Source: Minisyncoccota bacterium
GTDB taxonomy: Bacteria > Patescibacteriota > Minisyncoccia > SW-4-49-11
Assembly (NCBI GenBank): GCA_032117235.1
Contig: JAULZW010000006.1
Span: forward strand, 2,532 to 66,531
DNA: 64,000 bases
Reading direction: 5' to 3'
Shown here: one piece after another, positions 38,239 through 46,889 of the stretch
How the letters are laid out: every line of letters begins with the position of its first letter
How positions within the stretch are numbered: position 1 is the stretch's first letter
Notes under the pieces: model-generated
The model's input: the letters and a program-made list of their open reading frames with translations, nothing else
What the model was told of the DNA's origin: nothing
The model's database searches: none
Position numbers and translations under genes: made by a program

Positions 38239-38985
38239 ATGGCTGGTATTTGGCGACGCTGGAGAAGATATAAAACAAAATTAAGACAATATGTATCTCA
38301 GCATTATCTAAGAGAAATTGTATATGGTGGTAGTGATGGAATTGTGACTACTTTTGCGGTGGTGGCTGGTTTTACAGGGGCTAATGCTAGTGGTTCAGAT
38401 ATGATTGGTTTGACTATTGGGACAGTGGTTTTGTTTGGTTTAGCTAATCTTTTCTCAGATGCAATGTCTATGGGACTGGGGGATTATATGTCTATTAGAT
38501 CTCAAGAAGATTTATATCAGACTACTTATCAAAAAGAATTAAAGCATTTAGAACATAGTAGTGAATCTTTTAGTAATAGAATTCAGGATAAATTGGTGGA
38601 AAAAGGTTTTAATAAAAATGATGCTAAAGAAATTATGCAATTATTTCATAAAAATCCAAAATTTGGGATTGAGTGGTTAATGCGAGAGTATCATGGTATT
38701 CCTGATCCTGGTGAGACTAGTCCTATTTTTTCAGCTTTATCTACGATTGTCTCTTTCTTGTTTTTTGGGTTTATTCCTTTGATTCCTTTTGTGTTTGGGA
38801 TTACTGATACAACTAAGGCATTTTTATTTTCTATTTCTGGAGTTATTACAGCTTTAATTTTACTTGGGTTAATTAGGTGGAAAGTTGTGGGCTATGGACT
38901 GACAAGAGCTTTAGGTGAGACTTTGCTTTTGGGGGGAGTTTCAGCTACGATTGCTTTTATAATTGGAGCTATAATTGGAGCTTAG
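38239..38985 (+). CDS. VIT1/CCC1-family iron/manganese transporter
   Basis: 'GGSDGIVTTFAVVAGFTGA' and the C-terminal TM cluster ending 'GGVSATIAFIIGAIIG'. Confidence 0.75.
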   Translation: MAGIWRRWRRYKTKLRQYVSQHYLREIVYGGSDGIVTTFAVVAGFTGANASGSDMIGLTIGTVVLFGLANLFSDAMSMGLGDYMSIRSQEDLYQTTYQKELKHLEHSSESFSNRIQDKLVEKGFNKNDAKEIMQLFHKNPKFGIEWLMREYHGIPDPGETSPIFSALSTIVSFLFFGFIPLIPFVFGITDTTKAFLFSISGVITALILLGLIRWKVVGYGLTRALGETLLLGGVSATIAFIIGAIIGA

Positions 38986-39042
38986 ATTGACTAAAAGTTG
39001 TAAAAACGGCATACTATATAAAGAGATAAAATAGTTTACATT

Positions 39043-40137
39043 ATGAGAGTAGCTTTGGTGCATGATTATTTGGTTCAATATGGTGGGGCAGAGCGAGTAT
39101 TGGAGGTTTTCGCTGAAATGTTTCCTGAGGCTCCAATTTATACTTTGATTCACGACCAGTCCCAACTATATGGAGCTTTTAGTAATAAAAAAATTCGTAC
39201 TTCTTTTTTACAAAATTTACCTTTTGCCAAAACTAATCATAGGTTATTTCCTGTCTTGATGCCTTTAGCAGTGGAGGATTTAGATTTGACGGCTTATGAC
39301 TTGGTTATATCTTCTTCTAATAGTTATACTAAGGGTGTAATTACTAGACCAGATGCGATCCATATTTGCTACTGTCATACTCCAATGAGATATGCTTGGG
39401 ATGATTATCATAGGCATTTTCAGGAATTTAATTATGTGGCTGGGATTAGAAATTTATTACCTTTTGCGATGAATTATATTCGTCTTTGGGATAAAATTTC
39501 AGCAGATAGAGTGGATTATTATTTGGCTAATTCTCAAAATGTGGCTCAGAGAATCAATAAGTATTATCGTATGGATGCTGAGGTTTTATACCCTCCAGTT
39601 AATACTGAGGTTGACTTTGATGCTAATTTTAAAGGCGAATATTATCTTATGTTAGGTAGGTTCTTACCTTATAAACACTATGATATTGTGGTGGAGGCTT
39701 TTGTTAGAAATGGGAAAAAGTTACATCTTGTAGGTTCTGGTCCGGATGAGGAAAAATTAAAGAATATTGCTAAAGGGCATGATAATATTAAATTTTTTGG
39801 TAGATTAAGTGATGAAGACTCTCAGAAACAGTTTAGAGGTTGTAAAAGTTTTATCTTTGCTTCCGAAGATGATTTTGGAATTGTACCAGTAGAAGCTATG
39901 GCAGTTGGTAAACCAGTAATTGCTTATGGTCGTGGTGGAGCTCTGGAGACAGTAGAGGATGGTAAAACTGGGATATTCTTTGATGAGCAAAGTCCAGATT
40001 GTATTATAAAGGCAGTTGAGAAATTTGAAAAAATGAAGTTTGACGCAAATTATATTCATAATCACGCTCAAAAGTTTTCTAAAGATGCTTTTAAACATAA
40101 TTTCTATAAATTTTTAGAAAAATATGATATTATGTAA
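39043..40137 (+). CDS. Glycosyltransferase family 4
   Basis: N-terminus 'MRVALVHDYLVQYGGAERV'. C-domain 'FIFASEDDFGIVPVEAMAVGKPVIAYGRGGALE'. Confidence 0.8.
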   Translation: MRVALVHDYLVQYGGAERVLEVFAEMFPEAPIYTLIHDQSQLYGAFSNKKIRTSFLQNLPFAKTNHRLFPVLMPLAVEDLDLTAYDLVISSSNSYTKGVITRPDAIHICYCHTPMRYAWDDYHRHFQEFNYVAGIRNLLPFAMNYIRLWDKISADRVDYYLANSQNVAQRINKYYRMDAEVLYPPVNTEVDFDANFKGEYYLMLGRFLPYKHYDIVVEAFVRNGKKLHLVGSGPDEEKLKNIAKGHDNIKFFGRLSDEDSQKQFRGCKSFIFASEDDFGIVPVEAMAVGKPVIAYGRGGALETVEDGKTGIFFDEQSPDCIIKAVEKFEKMKFDANYIHNHAQKFSKDAFKHNFYKFLEKYDIM

Positions 40138-40157
40138 CATATAATTAATAAACTTTC

Positions 40158-40751
40158 ATGGATATATATAAGACTTTTTTTAAAAAAAACGCACTATTCT
40201 TGAGTATAATAACTATAGTTGGTATTAGTGCTGGTCTTGCAATTACCAGAATATTACCAGCATCTTATGATGTATCTTTAGCTATTAACATTGAAAGAAA
40301 AGTCGAGAATACAGGACAATTTTATACTTATGATGGATATTATGCCATTCAAGCCACTGAATTATTTGGTAAAAGTGTAGCTAGTTGGTTTGTTACACCA
40401 GATTTTGTAGAGGATGTTTTGAAAAATTCAGATAAGTCCAATCTAGATAAATTATCAGTCAAAGACTTTAGGAGAGTATTTACACCAGAGCAAGTTTCAG
40501 CTAATTTGGTTGAAGTTAGATTTGGAGTAGACAGTGTAGATTTAGGAAACACTTTAACAGATTCAATCTCAAGTAGTATTGTTTCATATATGCAAAGTAG
40601 TGATATTAAAGATTATAATATATTCGTTGGAACTCCAGTAACTAGAAAAGTAAATTATAACCCAATTTTATTTTCTCTAGGAGGAGCCTTTTTAGCAATT
40701 GCCATTGGTATTAGTATAGCTGCTAGTAGACAGCATTATTGGAAAAAATGA
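40158..40751 (+). CDS. Small Wzz-like (polysaccharide chain-length-determinant-like) bitopic protein; tentative
   Basis: TM helices at the N- and C-termini flank a soluble domain. It sits between two GT4 genes and ends with the window's only TGA terminator. Confidence 0.35.
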   Translation: MDIYKTFFKKNALFLSIITIVGISAGLAITRILPASYDVSLAINIERKVENTGQFYTYDGYYAIQATELFGKSVASWFVTPDFVEDVLKNSDKSNLDKLSVKDFRRVFTPEQVSANLVEVRFGVDSVDLGNTLTDSISSSIVSYMQSSDIKDYNIFVGTPVTRKVNYNPILFSLGGAFLAIAIGISIAASRQHYWKK

Positions 40752-41860
40752 CAATAGGTATAGATGCTCGCGGTATTACGGATGGATTCAAGGGTGGAGT
40801 GGGTGAATATACACAGCATATAACTCAGGCTCTTCGTCAATATTCAGATTTGCACTTAGAAACTTTATCTACAGGATTAAAACAAAATCCTGGTGTAGGG
40901 GGGATTAAAGACACTTGGGTTAGTTACCCCAATAAAGTATTGAATTTGTCATTAAAATTAGCTTCACAACCCTATATAGATAGTCTATTTAGTAAAGTTC
41001 CTGAAAAAATTTGGATGCCCAATTGGAATATTACCGCAATAAGTCCAGAAACTGAATTGATATTAACAGTACATGATATTGCCTTTCGTATTTTACCCGA
41101 GGTATTCTCTCGGCGAATGCGATTATGGCATCAATATATTGGTATAGAAAAACTTCTCAAAAGAGCTAATACTATTATCGCCGTATCCGAGTCTACTAAA
41201 AGAGATTTAATAGATATATATGATATAAATCCCGAAAAAGTACAAGTTATTTATTCTGGCATTGATCCATTATTTCGCCAAGCAATACAGCAAGATGCAA
41301 TACAAAGAGTAAAAAAACGCTATCAACTCCCTGAACGCTATATATTATATTTAGGGACTATTGAGCCGAGGAAAAATATACAATTATTAATACAAGCCTT
41401 TGAAAACTTAGCCAGCAAGGATACAGATATACGACTCGTAATAGCAGGAGTAAATGGTTGGCTATATCATCAAATACATACTATTATAGACAAATCTCCC
41501 TATCGAGATAGAATACTCAGAATAGGATTTGTGGAAGTAGAAGATAAACCCATTGTATATCATTTGGCACAAATTTTTGTATATCCATCTCTGTATGAAG
41601 GTTTTGGATTTCCACCCCTAGAGGCTATGGCGTCAGGTACTCCGACTATTGTAGCTAATAATTCAGCTTTTCCTGAAATTGTGCTTGATGCGGCGTATAA
41701 AACCTCACCTTATGACGTCTTAGAATTAACTGATATAATGCATAATTTACTCACGGATAGTAATATTCATCAATATTATACAGAGCTTGGACTCAAACGT
41801 AGTCTAGATTTTGACTGGAATAATACGGGTAAACAAGTATATGAAATATTGGGCAGATAA
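40739..41860 (+). CDS. Glycosyltransferase family 4
   Basis: 'LGTIEPRKNIQLL...LVIAGVNGW' and 'YPSLYEGFGFPPLEAMASGTPTIVANNSAFPEIV'. Confidence 0.8.
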   Translation: MEKMTIGIDARGITDGFKGGVGEYTQHITQALRQYSDLHLETLSTGLKQNPGVGGIKDTWVSYPNKVLNLSLKLASQPYIDSLFSKVPEKIWMPNWNITAISPETELILTVHDIAFRILPEVFSRRMRLWHQYIGIEKLLKRANTIIAVSESTKRDLIDIYDINPEKVQVIYSGIDPLFRQAIQQDAIQRVKKRYQLPERYILYLGTIEPRKNIQLLIQAFENLASKDTDIRLVIAGVNGWLYHQIHTIIDKSPYRDRILRIGFVEVEDKPIVYHLAQIFVYPSLYEGFGFPPLEAMASGTPTIVANNSAFPEIVLDAAYKTSPYDVLELTDIMHNLLTDSNIHQYYTELGLKRSLDFDWNNTGKQVYEILGR

Positions 41861-41928
41861 AATGACATATAGTATTGACAAAATTGTAAAAGTGTGATAT
41901 AAGTATATTTGTTCTAAGGCTTTAAACC

Positions 41929-42537
41929 ATGTCCGTTTTAAAAGTTAATGCACAGCCCCACTTCATTGGAGGGTTTGAAGACCTTTCTCTGATGGGAGCA
42001 AGCGGAATATTGAAGGGGGCGATTTCTACTAATGGGACAATCACTCTTAAAGGGGGATTTAATGGTAGATCTCTAATTATTAATCAAACGGTTTCTGAAT
42101 TAGTTCCGGGACTCATAATGGCAGGAGTGAGTTCAGTACTTTTCGTTGTGTCTCCACGAACAAAGTGTGGGTTTGTAAAATCTTTTGAAGTGAATGATGT
42201 TTGGAAACCATCCATTCTTGATCCAGGTTCCGGGGAATCGGATGATCGACCCGAGGAATTTTGCATTAGGGGTGAGGTAATTAGGGTAGGTAGGAATCAT
42301 ATGCGGGGGCGCTATGTTGCTGTCCGCGTATTAAGCATTTATTATGTCTCTGTAGATTTGTTACCCTTATCTATATTTCTGAATGAGGGAGACTTTGTTG
42401 AGATTACAGCCACGCTCTCCCAATATAATCGGCTTCGCGCCAATTCTGTGCGGATATTAAATTCCAGGAATTTTACTAGTAGTTCTCAGAACAGCAGACA
42501 GTACCAACAATATAGGCGTCATAAAGTTAGGCGTTAA
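41929..42537 (+). CDS. Orphan hypothetical protein encoded in an anomalously GC-rich segment
   Basis: 202 aa with an Arg-rich C-terminus 'QYQQYRRHKVRR'. Local GC is visibly higher (about 42-45%) than the flanks. No recognisable motif. Confidence 0.35.
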   Translation: MSVLKVNAQPHFIGGFEDLSLMGASGILKGAISTNGTITLKGGFNGRSLIINQTVSELVPGLIMAGVSSVLFVVSPRTKCGFVKSFEVNDVWKPSILDPGSGESDDRPEEFCIRGEVIRVGRNHMRGRYVAVRVLSIYYVSVDLLPLSIFLNEGDFVEITATLSQYNRLRANSVRILNSRNFTSSSQNSRQYQQYRRHKVRR

Positions 42538-42561
42538 GCCTTCTATAAGTTCCACTTATTC

Positions 42562-42597
42562 GCCCGTACACCCAACAGAGTGACGGGCTTTTTTCTT
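42562..42597 (+). terminator. Rho-independent terminator
   Basis: GCCCGT-(14 nt loop)-ACGGGC followed by TTTTTTCTTT. Confidence 0.6.
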
Positions 42598-42656
42598 TAT
42601 AATTTGACGAAATAGATAATTCAATATAGACTACTAGAGAATTAAATATATATTAT

Positions 42657-44852
42657 ATGTCCAAAGCTCTGATTATTGTAGAGTCTCCCACCAAGGCAAA
42701 AACAATTGGTAAATTTCTGGGAAGAGATTATACGGTTATTTCTTCTATGGGGCATATTCGTGATTTACCAAAATCTAAAATTGGAGTTGATCCAGCTAAG
42801 GATTTTGAAATTACTTATGAAATCCCAGCTAAAGCAAAGAAGACAGTAACTGAACTCAAAAAATTAGCTAAAATGAGCGGGGAGGTAATACTCGCAACTG
42901 ATGAAGACCGAGAAGGAGAAGCTATATCTTGGCATTTGGCACATATTTTGAAATTAAAACCTGAAACAGCCAAAAGAATGGTATTCCATGAAATCACCGA
43001 ATCTGCTATTCAAAAAGCCTTAGCAAATCCTCGCCATATTGATATTAATCTGGTGGATGCTCAGCAAGCCAGGCGAGCTTTGGATCGTTTGGTTGGATAT
43101 AAATTATCCCCATTTTTATGGCAAAAAGTACAGCGAGGTTTATCTGCTGGGCGAGTACAATCTGTGGCTCTTCGCCTCATAGTAGATAGGGAGAGGGAAA
43201 TAGAGGCTTTTCAGAAAGAAGAATATTGGTCTATTGAGGGAGTTTTTTTGAGTGGGGATACTTCTCTTGATATTCCTGCCAATCTTACGCATATTGGAGG
43301 AAAACGGTTAGATAAATTTGCCTATAAGACAGAAAGTGAATCACAAAATTTGGTGGCGGGGCTGCAAGCCTTATCCTATAAGGTTAAATCCATAGAGAAT
43401 AAATCTGTTTCTCGCAATCCCTATCCTCCATTTATTACCTCATCTCTACAACAAGATGGGGCGAGAAGATTATATTTTTCTGCCAAGCAAACTATGATGG
43501 TGGCTCAGCAATTATATGAAGGAGTGTCTCTTGGCGCTAAGGGGCAGACAGGACTTATTACCTATATGAGAACAGATTCTACTAATTTATCTGGGCAGGC
43601 AATTGCAGCGGCAAAAGTACAAATTACCAAACAATTTGGGGAAAGCTATTATCAGGTGAGACAATTCAAAACCAAGGCTAAGAATGCGCAAGAAGCTCAT
43701 GAGGCTATTCGTCCGACAGACCCAAGTCTTACACCGGAAGATGTGAAGCCGTATCTGGATGATAAACAATACAAATTATATAGTCTTATTTGGGGGCGAT
43801 TTATGGCAAGTCAAATGAAGCCCGCTCTATTCGATACTATGAATGTGGCTATTGCTGATACCAAATCGGAGAATTATACATTTACTGCTACCGGGAAATC
43901 GCTAGTCTTTGATGGATTTATGCGAGTATATGATATTAAATCAGAAGATGTATTGCTACCGCGTATCAATCAAGGAGAGACTCTCACAACTCAGGATATT
44001 AGAGGAGAACAGCATTTTACTCAACCTCCAGCTCGCTATAGTGAAAGTAGTTTGGTTAAGGCTCTTGAGACAAATGCAATTGGACGGCCATCTACCTATG
44101 CTTCGATTATATCTACTATTCAGACCAGAGGATATGTAGTCAAAAATGATGATAGACGATTTGCTCCAACTGATATTGGGAAAGTAGTCACTGATATGTT
44201 GGTACAGCATTTCCCTCAAATTGTAGATATTGATTTTACTGCTAAAGTAGAACAGCAATTTGATGAAATCGCAATAGGGAAGGATAGTTATCAAAAAACA
44301 ATGGCAGATTTTTATGTGCCATTTGCTAAAAATTTGAAAGATAAGGAGAAAAGTGTAGAGCGACATCGAGATATTATTGAAAATAGACCTTGCCCCGAAT
44401 GTGGTAATCAGCTTGAAATAAAGCGAAGTAAATTTGGTAAATTCATAGCTTGTACCAATTATCCTGAATGTAAATATACTGAGCAAAGTGATGAGGAAAA
44501 GCAATTGCAGGCAGATTTTGGTGGAGAAAAATGCCCTAATTGTAGCGATGGAATAATGGAGGTGAAATCTGGAAGATTTGGACCATTTTTGGGATGCTCT
44601 AATTATCCCACTTGTAAGACAATTAAGAAAATTGAGCATAAAACTGGGGAAAAATGCCCAGAATGTGGTGTGGGGGATATGGTCTTCAAAAAAGGAAAGC
44701 GTGGGCCATTCAAAGCTTGTAATCGGTATCCAGATTGTAAATATATAGAAGGGGCAAAGAAACAAACAGGTAATTATAGTGCTAAGAGTAAAAAGAAATC
44801 TAGTACTGCCAAAAAATCAGCACCTAAGAAAAAAGTGAGTACTAAGAAATAA
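42657..44852 (+). CDS. topA: DNA topoisomerase I with C-terminal zinc ribbons
   Basis: 'ALIIVESPTKAKTI', the Toprim/topo IA core, and four C-terminal 'CPxCG' zinc ribbons. Confidence 0.95.
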   Translation: MSKALIIVESPTKAKTIGKFLGRDYTVISSMGHIRDLPKSKIGVDPAKDFEITYEIPAKAKKTVTELKKLAKMSGEVILATDEDREGEAISWHLAHILKLKPETAKRMVFHEITESAIQKALANPRHIDINLVDAQQARRALDRLVGYKLSPFLWQKVQRGLSAGRVQSVALRLIVDREREIEAFQKEEYWSIEGVFLSGDTSLDIPANLTHIGGKRLDKFAYKTESESQNLVAGLQALSYKVKSIENKSVSRNPYPPFITSSLQQDGARRLYFSAKQTMMVAQQLYEGVSLGAKGQTGLITYMRTDSTNLSGQAIAAAKVQITKQFGESYYQVRQFKTKAKNAQEAHEAIRPTDPSLTPEDVKPYLDDKQYKLYSLIWGRFMASQMKPALFDTMNVAIADTKSENYTFTATGKSLVFDGFMRVYDIKSEDVLLPRINQGETLTTQDIRGEQHFTQPPARYSESSLVKALETNAIGRPSTYASIISTIQTRGYVVKNDDRRFAPTDIGKVVTDMLVQHFPQIVDIDFTAKVEQQFDEIAIGKDSYQKTMADFYVPFAKNLKDKEKSVERHRDIIENRPCPECGNQLEIKRSKFGKFIACTNYPECKYTEQSDEEKQLQADFGGEKCPNCSDGIMEVKSGRFGPFLGCSNYPTCKTIKKIEHKTGEKCPECGVGDMVFKKGKRGPFKACNRYPDCKYIEGAKKQTGNYSAKSKKKSSTAKKSAPKKKVSTKK

Positions 44853-44910
44853 TGTTAATTGACAAAAAGCTGTAGACTGTGTATAGTGATCTTGTTCACT
44901 GCAAATTTTT

Positions 44911-45141
44911 ATGTCTACGGACACGCAAGTCAAAAAAGTGGAAAATCCTACCTTAGATTATGTGGGATTTTGGGGGCATGCATTTATAGCGATACAAAAT
45001 ATACCAGACAAAGGGTATGTATATAGACAATTTAAGACCACTAAGGAATGGGTTGATGCGTTCTTAACCCAAAAAAGGACAGGAATACCAGATCTAGAAA
45101 CTTGGATAAAGACAATCGTTGCAGAGAATAGGGATAAGTAA
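44911..45141 (+). CDS. Small hypothetical protein
   Basis: 76 aa, followed by a terminator-like hairpin. Confidence 0.35.
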   Translation: MSTDTQVKKVENPTLDYVGFWGHAFIAIQNIPDKGYVYRQFKTTKEWVDAFLTQKRTGIPDLETWIKTIVAENRDK

Positions 45142-45152
45142 AAATTTCAAAA

Positions 45153-45181
45153 GGGGATGTCGTATTGGCATCCCTATTTTA
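45153..45181 (+). terminator. Terminator-like hairpin
   Basis: GGGATG-(9 nt)-CATCCC followed by TATTTTA. Confidence 0.45.
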
Positions 45182-45193
45182 CTTTCTCATATT

Positions 45194-45259
45194 GTGGATA
45201 AATTTATTTGACATGGGATAAAAATATATGTATAATGGTAAAAAGTGGTAAAAAGTGGA
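45194..45259 (+). promoter_or_regulatory. Consensus sigma70 promoter (TTGACA-N17-TATAAT) plus MraZ-box direct repeats
   Basis: -35 TTGACA at 45208-45213 and -10 TATAAT at 45231-45236. Downstream lies TGGTAAAAAGTGGTAAAAAGTGG, three (G)TGG repeats at 10-bp periodicity (45236-45258). Further (G)TGG(G) copies sit at 45194-45197 and 45213-45216. Confidence 0.6.
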
Positions 45260-45275
45260 AATAAATGGTGAATAT

Positions 45276-45707
45276 ATGTTCATAGGAGAATACAGCCATA
45301 ATATTGATGATAAGGGAAGGCTTGCTGTCCCCAAAAAATTTCAAGAAGACTTGAAAGCTGGGCTTGTTGTGACAAAGGGTTTGGATAATTGTCTATGGGT
45401 TTATACTTATGAATCTTGGAGAGAATTAGCTACAAAACTTAGTAAGCTACCTATTAGTAGTACTAATAATAGAGCTTTTAGTCGATTAATGTTAGCGGGA
45501 GCTATGGATGTGTCTTTAGATAAACAGGGGAGGATTGTATTGCCTGATTATCTAAGGAATTATGCTAAGTTAGGTAAAAAAGTTGTGATTACTGGTTTAT
45601 TTGATAGATTAGAAATTTGGGATGAGTCTGAATGGCAGGGTTATAAAGAGAAGACTGAGGCGGAGTCTGCTGAAATAGCGGAGCAGTTAGCAGATTTAGG
45701 AGTATAA
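45276..45707 (+). CDS. mraZ: Transcriptional regulator MraZ
   Basis: 'MFIGEYSHNIDDKGRLAVP' and a second 'DKQGRIVLP' repeat. The tracked ORF starts at 45255, but the conserved N-terminus begins at the Met at 45276. Confidence 0.9.
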   Translation: MFIGEYSHNIDDKGRLAVPKKFQEDLKAGLVVTKGLDNCLWVYTYESWRELATKLSKLPISSTNNRAFSRLMLAGAMDVSLDKQGRIVLPDYLRNYAKLGKKVVITGLFDRLEIWDESEWQGYKEKTEAESAEIAEQLADLGV

Positions 45708-45709
45708 TT

Positions 45710-46609
45710 ATGTCTGATTTAAAACATATTCCAGTTTTAAGAGATGAAGCAATACAAGGGCTTTCTATTCGTGATGATGGTGTTTATGTAGATGCTACTG
45801 TTGGTTTTGGTGGTTACACAGATATGATTTCAGATCAAATTGTGTCTGGAAAAGTTATAGGTATTGATGCTGATAAACAAGCTTTAGCTTTAGTTGAGAA
45901 AAGATTTTATTCTCAAGTTAGTGAAGGAAAGATTATTCTAAAACATAGTAACTTTAGATTTATTGAACAAGTTTTGGCAGAATTGAGAATTAATTCAGTA
46001 GATGGAATTGTTGCTGATTTGGGATTATCCTCTATGGAGCTAGATGATATATCTAGAGGGTTTAGTTTTAAAACTGAGGCTCCACTTGATATGCGCTTTG
46101 ATATCAGTTCTGATGGTATGACGGCTGCAGATGTTGTTAATTCTTATTCTCAGGATAATTTAGCTAATTTATTTCGCGATTTGGGAGACGAACCTTTCTC
46201 CGGTAGAATTGCTAGAGTTATTGTGGAGGCTCGTAAAAAGCAAACCATTTCTACAACTACAGAATTAGTAGGTTTAATTTTATCTATTGTACCATCTAAA
46301 TTTGTAAAAAAAACCATTCATCCAGCAACTAGAGTTTTTCAAGCTTTGAGAATGGAGGTTAATGATGAGATTGGTGCCTTGAACTCTCTTTTGGCCTCTG
46401 CTTTGAATGTGCTTAATGCTTCTGGTAGATTAGTAGTTGTATCTTTCCATTCTGGGGAGGATAGAATTGTAAAAAACACTTTTCGTGAGTGGAAATCTCA
46501 GGGATTTGTAAATATTTTGACTAAAAAGCCTATTACTCCTTCTGAGATAGAATTGAGTACTAACCCAAGATCTAGTTCTGCTAAACTACGTATTATTGAA
46601 AAAATTTAA
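45710..46609 (+). CDS. rsmH: 16S rRNA (cytosine1402-N4)-methyltransferase RsmH (MraW)
   Basis: 'HIPVLRDEAIQGL...VDATVGFGGYT' and 'VSFHSGEDRIVK'. Confidence 0.9.
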   Translation: MSDLKHIPVLRDEAIQGLSIRDDGVYVDATVGFGGYTDMISDQIVSGKVIGIDADKQALALVEKRFYSQVSEGKIILKHSNFRFIEQVLAELRINSVDGIVADLGLSSMELDDISRGFSFKTEAPLDMRFDISSDGMTAADVVNSYSQDNLANLFRDLGDEPFSGRIARVIVEARKKQTISTTTELVGLILSIVPSKFVKKTIHPATRVFQALRMEVNDEIGALNSLLASALNVLNASGRLVVVSFHSGEDRIVKNTFREWKSQGFVNILTKKPITPSEIELSTNPRSSSAKLRIIEKI

Positions 46610-46886
46610 ATATATGAAAATACAACCAATTTATACTTTAATCTCCATAGTGCTTTTATTAGGAGTGGTTTATATTGCTGAGACGAATAACCTTTGGGTT
46701 GTTAGTTATACTTTAGCTGATGAAAAAAAAGAAATGGATGATGTTAAACAATACTATACTCAATTAAACACCCAGATTGCCCAGTATAATTCTATTCGTA
46801 ATGCAATGTCTAATCCTGAAATTATAGCTATGGAAAAATCAGAGTTTATTTATTTAGATCAGAATGGGGCTTTGGTAAAAAAATAA
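46596..46886 (+). CDS. FtsL-like small bitopic cell-division protein
   Basis: 96 aa with a single TM helix. It lies between rsmH and ftsI, the FtsL position in dcw clusters. Confidence 0.45.
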   Translation: MKKFKYMKIQPIYTLISIVLLLGVVYIAETNNLWVVSYTLADEKKEMDDVKQYYTQLNTQIAQYNSIRNAMSNPEIIAMEKSEFIYLDQNGALVKK

Positions 46887-46889
46887 TTT

